DNA from: Lawsonibacter sp.
GTDB lineage: Bacteria; Bacillota; Clostridia; Oscillospirales; Oscillospiraceae
Direction of reading: 5' to 3'
DNA length: 64,000 nucleotides
Assembly (NCBI GenBank): GCA_045579605.1
Contig: JAZNMM010000126.1
Location: forward strand, 936 to 64,935
Shown here: in pieces, positions 39,802 to 49,288 of the stretch
How positions within the stretch are numbered: position 1 is the first letter of the stretch
Layout of the letters: each line of letters starts with the position of its first letter
The notes under the pieces: generated by a model
What the model saw: the letters and a program-made list of their open reading frames with translations, nothing else
What the model was told of the DNA's origin: nothing
Databases searched by the model: none
Translations under genes and position numbers: made by a program

Positions 39802-41130
39802 ATGGACGCCAGAGAAGTCGCGTTACTTACCCTGCACACCTGTGAACGACAGGGTGGTTGGTCGGACGCTGTGCTGAAAAAGCAGCTTGCCCAGGCCGGG
39901 CTGGACCGTCGGGATGCGGCCCTTGCCACCCAGATCTGCTTTGGTGTGCAGCAAAACCGCCTGCTTTTGGACTATTATCTGTCCCGGTTCTCCAATGTGC
40001 CCCTCAAGCGAATGGAATCTAAGGTGATACAGGCCCTGCGAATCGGTCTGTATCAGATGCTGTTCCTTTCCAGAGTGCCACACAGCGCCGCGGTAAACAG
40101 CGCGGTGGAGTTGACCCGAATCCACTGTAAACACGCCCGGGCAGCCGGTCTGGTGAATGCGGTCTTGCGCAATCTGGAGCGCAGCATGGACCGTCTGCCG
40201 GTGATCGACAGTAGTGACCCTGCCGCCTATTTTTCCACCCTTTACAGCCATCCCAAATGGCTGGTGGAGGAGTGGATTGCCCGACTGGGTCAGGAGCAGG
40301 CCGCGCGGCTGCTGGCCTGCAACAATACGCCTGTCCCCGTTACCGCCCAGGTAAACACCTGCCGCATCAGCACCACGGCACTGCTTGCCCGACTGTCTGA
40401 TGTCGGAGTTGACGCTCAGCTTCACCCATGGCTGAAGGACTGCCTAATCCTGCGCGACACAGGAGATCTGGAGGGGCTGGAGGCCTTTGAACAGGGCTTG
40501 TTTTACGTTCAGGACACCGCATCCCGTCTTGCGGTGCTGGTTGCAGACGCTCGTCCGGATATGCGGGTGCTGGACGCCTGTGCAGCGCCGGGCGGTAAGT
40601 CCTTTGCCATGGCCATGGCTATGCAGGACAAGGGAGAGCTGATCTCCTGCGACCTGCACCCTCACAAGAAAAAACTCATGCAGGCCGGAGCCGACCGCCT
40701 TGGTCTGTCCTGTATGCACCCTCAGACTGCGGACGCCACGGTGTTCCGCCCGGAGTGGGAAGGGGCGTTTGACCTTGTCTTTGCGGACGTTCCCTGTTCC
40801 GGCCTTGGTGTGATCCGAAAAAAGCCGGATATCCGATACAAGGATCCGGAGCCGCTGGCCGGGCTGCCTGACGTGCAGAGAAAGATTTTGAACAACGTGG
40901 CCCGTTACGTCAAGACGGGCGGCGTACTGCTCTATTCCACCTGTACACTGCGCACGGAGGAAAACGAGGCGGTGGTGTGCGATTTCCTGTCTGAGCGGAC
41001 CGATTTCACGGCACAGTCTTTCACTTTGCCCGGCCCAATCGGTGAGGTGGAAGAGGGGATGATCACCCTGTGGCCCCATCGGCATGATACGGACGGGTTC
41101 TTTATTGCAAAGCTCAGGAGGCAGTCATGA
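39802..41130 (+). CDS. rsmB: 16S rRNA m5C967 methyltransferase
   Basis: NusB-like N-domain, DACAAPGGKS, DVPCSG, YSTCT, DGFF. Confidence 0.96.
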   Translation: MDAREVALLTLHTCERQGGWSDAVLKKQLAQAGLDRRDAALATQICFGVQQNRLLLDYYLSRFSNVPLKRMESKVIQALRIGLYQMLFLSRVPHSAAVNSAVELTRIHCKHARAAGLVNAVLRNLERSMDRLPVIDSSDPAAYFSTLYSHPKWLVEEWIARLGQEQAARLLACNNTPVPVTAQVNTCRISTTALLARLSDVGVDAQLHPWLKDCLILRDTGDLEGLEAFEQGLFYVQDTASRLAVLVADARPDMRVLDACAAPGGKSFAMAMAMQDKGELISCDLHPHKKKLMQAGADRLGLSCMHPQTADATVFRPEWEGAFDLVFADVPCSGLGVIRKKPDIRYKDPEPLAGLPDVQRKILNNVARYVKTGGVLLYSTCTLRTEENEAVVCDFLSERTDFTAQSFTLPGPIGEVEEGMITLWPHRHDTDGFFIAKLRRQS

Positions 41131-42152
41131 CTGACATCAAATCCATGAACCTGGCGGAGATGACCGCCTTCTTCAAGCAGCTGGGCGAGCCGGCATTTCG
41201 CGCCCGGCAGGTGTTCTGCTGGCTGCACAAGGGAGCGCGCTCCTTTGAAGAGATGACCAACCTCTCCAAGGCATTGCGGGAAACCCTCGCCGAACACTGC
41301 TTTATTGACGTTCCAATGGTGGAGCGCAAACAGATGTCCCAACTGGATGGAACGATCAAGTATTTGTGGCGGCTGCCGGACGGCAACTGCATCGAAACAG
41401 TGCTCATGCGCTACAAGCATGGAAACACCGTGTGTATCTCCTGTCAGGTAGGCTGTCGAATGGGCTGTGCCTTTTGCGCGTCCACCCTTGGCGGCAAGAT
41501 CCGGGACCTGCGTCCCTCGGAAATGCTGGATCAGGTGTTGTTTACCCAGCTGGACAGCGGTGAGCCCATCTCAAATATCGTGCTCATGGGTATTGGCGAG
41601 CCGCTGGACAACTTTGACACCGTGATGCGGTTTCTGGAGCTGGTCAATTCCCCCGATGGGCTGAACATCGGTATGCGTCACATTTCTCTTTCCACCTGTG
41701 GTTTGGCGGAGAAAATTGACAAACTCGCCCAATATAAGCTACAATTGACCCTGTCTGTTTCTCTGCATGCCCCCGATGATGAAACCCGTTCCAAAATCAT
41801 GCCGGTCAACCGCAGCGTGGGCGTGGAGCGGCTGATGAAGGCCTGTCATGACTACTTTTCTGTGACGGGCCGTCGCATCTCTTTTGAGTATGCCATGATC
41901 GACGGGGTAAACGACAGCGACGAGCAGGCAGATCTGCTTGCCCGACTGGTACGGGGAATGGCCGCCCACGTGAATTTGATCCCACTCAACCACGTGGAAG
42001 AAAGTCCACTCAAGCCCAGCCGAAGGGTGAAGGAGTTTCAGCGCCGGCTGGAGGAGCGTGGGATCACCGTTACCGTTCGCCGCCGACTTGGCAGCGACAT
42101 TGACGCTTCCTGCGGGCAGTTGCGCCGCAAGGCAATGCAGGACAAGCAATAA
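41127..42152 (+). CDS. rlmN: Radical SAM RNA methyltransferase RlmN
   Basis: CxxxCxxC (GCRMGCAFC), MG.GEPL, SLHA, DIDASCGQL. Confidence 0.97.
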   Translation: MTDIKSMNLAEMTAFFKQLGEPAFRARQVFCWLHKGARSFEEMTNLSKALRETLAEHCFIDVPMVERKQMSQLDGTIKYLWRLPDGNCIETVLMRYKHGNTVCISCQVGCRMGCAFCASTLGGKIRDLRPSEMLDQVLFTQLDSGEPISNIVLMGIGEPLDNFDTVMRFLELVNSPDGLNIGMRHISLSTCGLAEKIDKLAQYKLQLTLSVSLHAPDDETRSKIMPVNRSVGVERLMKACHDYFSVTGRRISFEYAMIDGVNDSDEQADLLARLVRGMAAHVNLIPLNHVEESPLKPSRRVKEFQRRLEERGITVTVRRRLGSDIDASCGQLRRKAMQDKQ

Positions 42153-42169
42153 CAACAAGGAGGATACGC

Positions 42170-42895
42170 ATGGATATCTGGGGTGTTACCGACCGCGGCG
42201 TGGTTCGGGAAGAAAACCAGGATGCCATCGGCATCGAGATCCTCACCGCTCAGCAGATGTTGGCGGTGGTATGCGACGGCATGGGCGGAGCCCGTGCCGG
42301 CCACGTGGCCAGCACCATGGCGCTGGAGCAGTTCTTGAAGCAATTTAAAGCCTTTCATGCTCAGGGGGAACTGACCGCCCCGCAGATGCTGGAGCAGTCC
42401 GTACTGTGCGCCAATGAGGCGGTGTTCCGTCATGCCCAGAGCCATAGTGAGTGCTACGGCATGGGCACCACCATGGTGGCCGCTCTGGTGGACCGGGAAA
42501 AGGCGGATGTTCTCAATGTAGGAGACAGCCGTGCCTATTGGATCACCAACGAGGGAATCGTTCGTGTCACCCGGGACCATTCTCTGGTGGAGGATCTTGT
42601 TCTGCGCGGGGAGCTGACTGCGGAGCAGGCTCGGGTCCACCCCAATAAAAACCTGATCACCCGGGCGCTGGGCGCAGAGGAACAGGTACAGGCAGATCTG
42701 TTTTCTTTTGAAGTGACGCCCGGCTCGTACCTGCTGCTGTGCAGTGACGGGCTGAGCAACGTGGTCTCCGACCAGGAGATGCTTTACGAGGTGCTCCACG
42801 GCACAGAGGCGGACAGCTGCTGCCGCCGCCTGCTTGATATTGCCATAAAACGGGGCGCACCGGACAATGTGTCTGTTGCCCTGATTCAGTGCTGA
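42170..42895 (+). CDS. prpC: PP2C Ser/Thr phosphatase (Stp1/PrpC)
   Basis: TDRG.VR..NQD, CDGMGG, GMGTT, NVGDSR, CSDGL, DN. Confidence 0.95.
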   Translation: MDIWGVTDRGVVREENQDAIGIEILTAQQMLAVVCDGMGGARAGHVASTMALEQFLKQFKAFHAQGELTAPQMLEQSVLCANEAVFRHAQSHSECYGMGTTMVAALVDREKADVLNVGDSRAYWITNEGIVRVTRDHSLVEDLVLRGELTAEQARVHPNKNLITRALGAEEQVQADLFSFEVTPGSYLLLCSDGLSNVVSDQEMLYEVLHGTEADSCCRRLLDIAIKRGAPDNVSVALIQC

Positions 42896-42909
42896 AGGAG
42901 GTGAGATGC

Positions 42910-44970
42910 ATGGATCAATATATCGGAAAACTGTTGGACAACCGCTACGAGATTCTTGAACTGATCGGTGTGGGCGGCATGGCCAAAGTGTACAAAGCCC
43001 GCTGTCATCGACTGAATCGACTGGTAGCCGTTAAGATCCTGCGGGACGACCTGGCCCACGACGAGGATCTGCGCCGGCGGTTCAACGCGGAATCCCAGGC
43101 TGTTGCTATGCTGTCTCACCCCAATATCGTGGCTGTGTATGATGTTAGCCGCTCGGACGAAAACAACTACATCGTCATGGAACTGATCGACGGCATTTCC
43201 CTGAAGCAGTACATGCAGAAAAAGGGGAATAAGCTCAACTGGCGCGAAGCGCTGCACTTCATCACCCAAATCGTCAAGGCTTTGGGCCACGCCCACAGCC
43301 GCGGGATTATCCATCGGGACATCAAACCTCACAACGTGATGGTGCTGCGGGACGGCAGTGTCAAGGTGGCTGATTTTGGTATTGCACGTCTCGCCACCGC
43401 GGGCAACAGCACACTGACCAAGGATACTTTGGGATCTGTTCATTATATCTCGCCCGAACAGGCCCGGGGCAGCCATATCGATGCCCGTTCCGATCTTTAC
43501 TCCGCCGGTGTGGTGCTTTACGAGATGATCACCGGTCGACTGCCCTTTGAAGGAGACACCCCGGTCAGCGTAGCCATTCAGCATATCAACAGCGTACCGC
43601 TGTCCCCCCGGGATCTGGATCCGGAGCTTCCTGAGGCGCTGGAGAGCATTACTATGAAGGCGATGGCTTCCAATGTGGACAGGCGCTATATCTCCGCCGA
43701 CGCCATGCTGGCTGATCTGGAGGAGTTCCGGAAAAACCCCAGCATCAACTTCGACTATGCAGCTGCCGATTTCCTCCACGAGAGCTCTGACAAAGATGGG
43801 CAGGCCCTTGAAGATAAGACTCGACCTGTCCCTGTCGGCCTGGTGGCGGAGCAGATGCGCCGATCTGAAAGTTCGTCGGACGAGCGCCGGGCGGCGCGCC
43901 ATTCCAGGCGGAAGGAAGACAACCATTTGCGCGAGGAGGAACTGGAAGAGCCTCGGGAACAGAGCTGGCCCATTTATGTGGCTATCGTTTCCATTCTCCT
44001 CTTTACGGTGGGAATGCTCTGGTTCCTGTTCACCAACTTCCTGAAGCCGCTGTTTGCTCCTGCGCCCGATTACACCATCCCCACTCTGGTTGGAATGGCA
44101 TATGAGCAAGTGGTGGACAACAGGGATCTGCTTAAGGACTTTGAACTGGTCAAGGTCGCAACGGTTACTGACGAGCGCCCCGAGGGGACCATTATCAAAC
44201 AGGACCCCAGCGCCGAAACTACCGTCAAAGATCCCAACACAGAAATTAAGATAACTGTCAGCGGTGGCCCCAAGACGATCATCATGCCCAATGTGTCTGA
44301 GATGGAGTATACAGAGGCCTTTGTTATGCTACAGAACATGGGGCTCACCGTGTCCACGCCTGAGTATGAAAACCACGAAGAGATCCTCAAAGGACACGTT
44401 ATCTCCTTTACTCCGCTGGAAAAGGCGGTGCTCAGACCCGGCGACAAGGTCCAGCTGGTGGTGAGCACCGGCCCCCGTGACAAAACGGAACAGGTACCCC
44501 TGTTTATCGGGCAGACAGTGGAGTGGGCCAGAGATAAAATCACGCTGCACAATCTGGTTGTTGGCGATGAATTTGAAGTTTGGAGCAACGAATATCCTGC
44601 CGGCGTGGTTGTGGACCAAAGCGTAGAGGCCTATACCGAGGTGCCCCAGGGCACTAAGATCAACCTGCAGGTAAGCAAGGGCCCCGATCCCGCCGACCAA
44701 CCGCCGGTACCCCCGACGGATGACCCCGGTACAGGCGGCCAGACGGGGAGCGGAGAGGGTGAGCAGACCTTCAACATCACGCTGCCTCAGAACGCCGGAC
44801 AGGTGAAGGTGACCGTTAAGGACGGTTCCACTGTAATTCTGGACACGCTGGTGAATACCGCCATGGATGCGGTGCTGCCCTGTACCGTCAAGGGGAGCGG
44901 CACCAAGCAGTACGATATCTACTTTGACAACATCTTCAGCCGCAGTCAGACGGTGACCTTTGACCAATGA
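42910..44970 (+). CDS. prkC: PASTA-domain Ser/Thr kinase (PrkC/PknB)
   Basis: IG.GGMA.V, VAVK, HRDIKP.N, DFG, SPE; TM; three PASTA-like repeats. Confidence 0.96.
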   Translation: MDQYIGKLLDNRYEILELIGVGGMAKVYKARCHRLNRLVAVKILRDDLAHDEDLRRRFNAESQAVAMLSHPNIVAVYDVSRSDENNYIVMELIDGISLKQYMQKKGNKLNWREALHFITQIVKALGHAHSRGIIHRDIKPHNVMVLRDGSVKVADFGIARLATAGNSTLTKDTLGSVHYISPEQARGSHIDARSDLYSAGVVLYEMITGRLPFEGDTPVSVAIQHINSVPLSPRDLDPELPEALESITMKAMASNVDRRYISADAMLADLEEFRKNPSINFDYAAADFLHESSDKDGQALEDKTRPVPVGLVAEQMRRSESSSDERRAARHSRRKEDNHLREEELEEPREQSWPIYVAIVSILLFTVGMLWFLFTNFLKPLFAPAPDYTIPTLVGMAYEQVVDNRDLLKDFELVKVATVTDERPEGTIIKQDPSAETTVKDPNTEIKITVSGGPKTIIMPNVSEMEYTEAFVMLQNMGLTVSTPEYENHEEILKGHVISFTPLEKAVLRPGDKVQLVVSTGPRDKTEQVPLFIGQTVEWARDKITLHNLVVGDEFEVWSNEYPAGVVVDQSVEAYTEVPQGTKINLQVSKGPDPADQPPVPPTDDPGTGGQTGSGEGEQTFNITLPQNAGQVKVTVKDGSTVILDTLVNTAMDAVLPCTVKGSGTKQYDIYFDNIFSRSQTVTFDQ

Positions 44971-45845
44971 TGGAAGGAATTATTCTCAAAGCCCTGAGTG
45001 GCTTCTATTACGTGCACACCCCCCAGGGACAGTACACCTGCCGCGCCCGTGGCAAATTTCGTCACGCAGGAGTGACCCCGCTTGTGGGTGACCGTGTGCA
45101 TTTTACCCCCCTGGAGAACAACACGGGTGCGCTGGACGAGGTTCTGCCCCGGAGCAGCGTCTTCGCCCGGCCCGCCGTGGCAAATGTGGATCAGCTGGTG
45201 CTGGTCGTCTCTCAGGCAATTCCAGTCACCGACCCCTACCTCATTGACCGCATTACTTCCATTGCCGCAGCCCGCGGGTGTCAGTGCGTTGTCTGTGTCA
45301 ACAAGAGCGATTTGGACGCAGGAGACGAGCTGATGGACATCTATACCGCCGCCGGCTTTCCCACCGTGCGTGCCAGCGCCCGGACAGGAGAGGGGATCGA
45401 GCAGCTCAGAGGGTTGCTTCAGGGCAGGATTTCCGCATTCACCGGAAACTCCGGTGTAGGAAAATCCAGCATTCTCAACTGTCTGCACCCGGCGTTCGAG
45501 CTGCAGACCGGAGAGGTCAGCCAAAAGCTGGGGCGCGGGCGGCACACTACGCGGCACGTGGAGCTGTTTGCCCTGGATGCGGTCACGCTGATTGCCGATA
45601 CACCCGGCTTTTCTGCCTTTGACACCGAGCGCATGGAGCTGTGCCGCAAGGAGGAACTGGCCGGCTGCTTCCGGGAGTTTGCCCCCTTCGTGGACAAGTG
45701 CTTGTTTCCAGACTGCGCGCACGTAAAGGAAAAAGGGTGTGCCGTACTGGAAGCGGTGGCCGATGGAAAAATCCCGCCCAGCCGACACCAGAGCTATGTC
45801 CGACTGTATGAACAGGCTAAGGCTATCCCGGATTGGGAGCGTTAA
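44967..45845 (+). CDS. rsgA: Ribosome small subunit-dependent GTPase A
   Basis: NKSD, GNSGVGKSS, GRHTT, DTPG, C.F.DC.H..E.GC. Confidence 0.97.
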   Translation: MMEGIILKALSGFYYVHTPQGQYTCRARGKFRHAGVTPLVGDRVHFTPLENNTGALDEVLPRSSVFARPAVANVDQLVLVVSQAIPVTDPYLIDRITSIAAARGCQCVVCVNKSDLDAGDELMDIYTAAGFPTVRASARTGEGIEQLRGLLQGRISAFTGNSGVGKSSILNCLHPAFELQTGEVSQKLGRGRHTTRHVELFALDAVTLIADTPGFSAFDTERMELCRKEELAGCFREFAPFVDKCLFPDCAHVKEKGCAVLEAVADGKIPPSRHQSYVRLYEQAKAIPDWER

Positions 45846-45849
45846 ACAC

Positions 45850-45884
45850 AAAAGAGCTCGCCTCGTGTGAGGCGGGCTCTTTTT
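45850..45884 (+). terminator. Terminator after rsgA
   Basis: AAAAGAGCTCGCCTC/GAGGCGGGCTCTTTT. Confidence 0.9.
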
Positions 45885-45958
45885 GCCTTGTGTCAGCTGC
45901 GTTTTTTTCATCATATACTGGGTCAGCCGGCAACAAGCGGGGGAAAGGAGGCTTTTTT

Positions 45959-46027
45959 ATGGGGATCGTGGTCGTCAAGTCACCCAGGTGGATGCGCGGT
46001 ATGTTGAGAAGACTTTTTCACCTGTAA
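45959..46027 (+). CDS. spoVM: Stage V sporulation protein SpoVM (22 aa, MGIVVVKSPRWMRGMLRRLFHL)
   Basis: SD AAGGAGG; K-x-P followed by an amphipathic helix; position downstream of rsgA; SigE-like -10 CATATACT at 45912. Confidence 0.85.
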   Translation: MGIVVVKSPRWMRGMLRRLFHL

Positions 46028-46029
46028 TG

Positions 46030-46058
46030 GCATAGCTTGCTCACCCGGGGCATATAGT
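46030..46058 (+). promoter_or_regulatory. SigE promoter of the sipL-like gene
   Basis: GCATAGC-N14-CATATAGT. Confidence 0.65.
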
Positions 46059-46093
46059 GCTACAAAGCCTAAATGCAAGGGAGAGGACGCAAG

Positions 46094-47617
46094 ATGGAGC
46101 TGAAACTGGAGCATGAGTACATCAGCGGCTTTATGCCGATGCTGGAGACAGAACTGACCCAGGAGGAAACTCTGGAATCCATTGTTCCGGACGCATATCC
46201 GGATATTCTGCGCGTGGTGGACTGCGGCGGTCAGATAATGTTGACCGGAAAAGAGGTGCGGGAGGGCGACGTGAGCATCAGCGGCGTTGTCCGGGCCTGG
46301 ATGCTTTATCAGCCGGAGGACGGGCAAAACATGCAGCACATGGAGCTCACCCTGCCATTTACCGTCCGAACCCCGGTGTCTGGTGCCAGGGGTGACTGGC
46401 GCTGTATTGCCCAGCCTCGGCTGCGGGGCATGGATGTGCGCGCACTCAATCCAAGAAAAATTCTCCTTCGGGCTGACCTGGCGCTTATGCTGTCGGTCTA
46501 TGCGCCAGAGCAGATAGCAGTATGTTCCGGCGTACAGGGACAACCCGAAGACGGAATCCAACAGCGGGTGCGGGAGCAGGGCGCATACACGACCCCGGTG
46601 GTACAGGAGAAGGAATTTTCCATTTATGATGAGGTACGGCTGTCCACAGGTGGCGAACAGCCTGCACGGATCCTGTGTGCCCAGGCGTTTCCTGTGTGTA
46701 CGGAGTCCCGGATCATCGGGAACAAATTTGTGTTTAAGGGTGAAGTGCGGCTGCAGCTTCGGATGCTGTCAGACGGTCAGCTCAGCTCGCAGAGCACAAG
46801 CGTTTCCTTCTCACAGATCATGGAGATGAGTGAAGTGGGGGAGGGGGCAGACACGCAGGTGGATCTGTGCATGACCGCGCTGGAGCTGTCCTCCTCCGGT
46901 GAAGACCCCCGTGGAATGACCGTGTCCATGGACATTCTTGCCCAAACCGTTGTGCGGGAACAGCGGCTGGTGAACATAGTAGAAGACACCTACAGCACTG
47001 TGTGTCAGCTACAGTTGCAGCGGGAAAACTGGGAATCGGAACAGCTGGTGGAGCGCACCTCGCGCACACAAAACATGCGCGAGGTGCTGGAGTTGACCGG
47101 AGGGGTAAATACCGTGGTCGATGTCCAGGCAGAGATCGTGGGCGTGGACACGCATCGCCGGGACAGCTCCTTTGAGCCGGAAGCTCAGGTACGGGTACGG
47201 GTGCTCTACATGGACGAGGAGGAAATGTTGTGCAGCGTTGACCGGGTACTGACTTGTTCGGTTCGGGTGGAAGCACCCACCGGAACACGCTGCCGTTGCC
47301 GCTGCATGTGTCCGGGAGAAGTGTTTGCAAATCCCAGCGCTGGCGGCATCGAAGTGCGGGTGCCCGTTCAGTTCCACTGTCTGCTCACCTCCACCGCGGC
47401 TATCCCCGTCATCACACAGGTGCAGCCCGGACAATCCCACGCGGAGCGGCTGGGCAATCGCCCCTCGGTGGTGCTGCGGGCCGCGGCAAGGGGAGAGAGC
47501 CTGTGGGACATTGCAAAGGCCTATTCCACCACCTGCCAGCAGATCCAAAAAGCGAACGCGCTGGATACGGAGGAACTGCCGGCGGGACAAATGCTGCTTA
47601 TTCCGGGCGCTTGCTGA
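46094..47617 (+). CDS. SPOCS (DUF3794) repeat + C-terminal LysM spore coat morphogenetic protein (SipL-like)
   Basis: IVPD..PDI..V N-terminal motif, NPRK, LysM GESLWDIAKAY.TT...I..AN...GQ.LLIP. Confidence 0.85.
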   Translation: MELKLEHEYISGFMPMLETELTQEETLESIVPDAYPDILRVVDCGGQIMLTGKEVREGDVSISGVVRAWMLYQPEDGQNMQHMELTLPFTVRTPVSGARGDWRCIAQPRLRGMDVRALNPRKILLRADLALMLSVYAPEQIAVCSGVQGQPEDGIQQRVREQGAYTTPVVQEKEFSIYDEVRLSTGGEQPARILCAQAFPVCTESRIIGNKFVFKGEVRLQLRMLSDGQLSSQSTSVSFSQIMEMSEVGEGADTQVDLCMTALELSSSGEDPRGMTVSMDILAQTVVREQRLVNIVEDTYSTVCQLQLQRENWESEQLVERTSRTQNMREVLELTGGVNTVVDVQAEIVGVDTHRRDSSFEPEAQVRVRVLYMDEEEMLCSVDRVLTCSVRVEAPTGTRCRCRCMCPGEVFANPSAGGIEVRVPVQFHCLLTSTAAIPVITQVQPGQSHAERLGNRPSVVLRAAARGESLWDIAKAYSTTCQQIQKANALDTEELPAGQMLLIPGAC

Positions 47618-47621
47618 GCAA

Positions 47622-47653
47622 AAAACAGGCTGTTCAAATGAACAGCCTGTTTT
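47622..47653 (+). terminator. Terminator after sipL-like gene
   Basis: AAAACAGGCTGTTCA/TGAACAGCCTGTTTT. Confidence 0.85.
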
Positions 47654-47658
47654 GCTTG

Positions 47659-47687
47659 TCATATCTTTCGGCCAAACCCCATACAAT
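47659..47687 (+). promoter_or_regulatory. SigE promoter of spoIVA
   Basis: TCATATC-N14-CATACAAT, near consensus. Confidence 0.8.
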
Positions 47688-47728
47688 GTACGGAATACAG
47701 CGGCTGACGGGCCGAAGGAGGAGTTCAG

Positions 47729-49207
47729 GTGGAAGAACGCAAAATCTACGAAGATATCGCGCTTCGGACCGAGGGCGACATCTACATCGGGGTGGTAGGA
47801 CCGGTGCGGACCGGAAAATCCACCTTCATCAAACGCTTTATGGAGACACTGGTCATACCGGGCATCGAAAATGTCTACCGGCGGGAACGGGCCAGAGATG
47901 AGCTACCCCAGAGCGGATCCGGTCGTACCATTATGACGGCAGAGCCGAAGTTTGTTCCCGAGGATGCGGTAGAGGTGAGCATGGAGGGAGGGGCGGCCTT
48001 CCGGGTACGGCTGATTGACTGCGTGGGTTATATGGTTGACGGCGCCATGGGACAGTTTGAAGGGGAGGAACAGCGCATGGTGTCCACCCCGTGGTTTGAC
48101 CACGAGATCCCCATGTCCGAGGCAGCAGAGATCGGCACCCGAAAGGTAATTGCGGAACACTCCACCATCGGCATTGTAGTCACCACAGACGGAACCGTGA
48201 CAGACATTCCCCGCGAGGACTACGAACAGGCGGAGCAGCGTGTAATACAAGAGCTCAAAGAGCTTGGAAAGCCCTTTGTGGTGCTTGTAAACAGTGCCCA
48301 GCCCCGGTCTCAGCGTGCACAGCAGCTGCGTACACAGCTGGAGGAGGAGTATGGCGTGACCTGCCTCGCCGTCAACTGTCTGGAGCTGGAGCAGGCGGAT
48401 ATCACCAATATCATCCGCGATGTTCTCTACGAATTTCCCATCAAGGAACTGGACCTGTTCCTTCCCCCTTGGGTGGATGCCCTGGAGCAGGAGCATCCTA
48501 TTCGTCAGGCGCTGTATACCTCCATCCGGCAGGGAGCGGGTAACCTGTGCCGGATTCGGGACGTGACCGGTGCGGTAGACATTATTGCCACCTGCGAGCA
48601 GGTGAGTGCGGCCCGAGTGGATGGAATTGACCTCGGCACCGGGGTGGCAGTGGCACGGCTGGAACTGCCCCGGGCGCTGTTTTATCAGACCCTCTCCCAG
48701 CAGTCCGGTTTCTCCATCGGCGATGATGGCGATCTTGTGGGTTTGCTGACTCAGCTGGCACAGGTAAAAGCACAGTACGATAAGGTAGCCCAGGCTCTGC
48801 GGGAAGTGGAGGAAACGGGCTACGGGATCGTGGTGCCAGCCCCGGAGTCCATGGTGCTGGAGGAGCCGGAGATCGTACGGCAGGGTGGACGCTACGGCGT
48901 GCGTCTCAAGGCCAGCGCACCGTCTATTCATATGATCCGTGCGGATATCGAAACCGAGGTATCGCCCATTGTAGGAACGGAAAAGCAGAGTGAGGAGATG
49001 ATCCGCTATCTGCTGGAGCAATTCGAGGGCGACACCAAGAAGATCTGGCAGTCCAACATTTTCGGCCGCTCCTTCCACGAGCTGGTGGGAGAAGATTTGA
49101 ACACAAAGCTCAAACGCATGCCCGATGATGCAAGAGCAAAGCTGCGTGAGACGCTGCAGCGCATCATCAACGAGGGCTCGGGTGGGCTGATCTGCATCAT
49201 ACTGTAA
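47729..49207 (+). CDS. spoIVA: Stage IV sporulation protein A
   Basis: IY.DIA.RT.GDIYIGVVGPVRTGKSTFIKRFME ... INEGSGGLICIIL. Confidence 0.99.
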   Translation: MEERKIYEDIALRTEGDIYIGVVGPVRTGKSTFIKRFMETLVIPGIENVYRRERARDELPQSGSGRTIMTAEPKFVPEDAVEVSMEGGAAFRVRLIDCVGYMVDGAMGQFEGEEQRMVSTPWFDHEIPMSEAAEIGTRKVIAEHSTIGIVVTTDGTVTDIPREDYEQAEQRVIQELKELGKPFVVLVNSAQPRSQRAQQLRTQLEEEYGVTCLAVNCLELEQADITNIIRDVLYEFPIKELDLFLPPWVDALEQEHPIRQALYTSIRQGAGNLCRIRDVTGAVDIIATCEQVSAARVDGIDLGTGVAVARLELPRALFYQTLSQQSGFSIGDDGDLVGLLTQLAQVKAQYDKVAQALREVEETGYGIVVPAPESMVLEEPEIVRQGGRYGVRLKASAPSIHMIRADIETEVSPIVGTEKQSEEMIRYLLEQFEGDTKKIWQSNIFGRSFHELVGEDLNTKLKRMPDDARAKLRETLQRIINEGSGGLICIIL

Positions 49208-49210
49208 GGC

Positions 49211-49277
49211 ACAGCGGCGGGGTTTCCTGCCGCTGTTTTTCTGAAAAAACAGGGTGCACCACCGGTGCACCCTGTTT
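49211..49277. terminator. Back-to-back terminators of convergent spoIVA and dapB
   Basis: ACAGCGGCGGG/CCTGCCGCTGT+T and AAACAGGGTGCACC/GGTGCACCCTGTTT. Confidence 0.85.
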
Positions 49278-49288
49278 GAACAGGCAAT

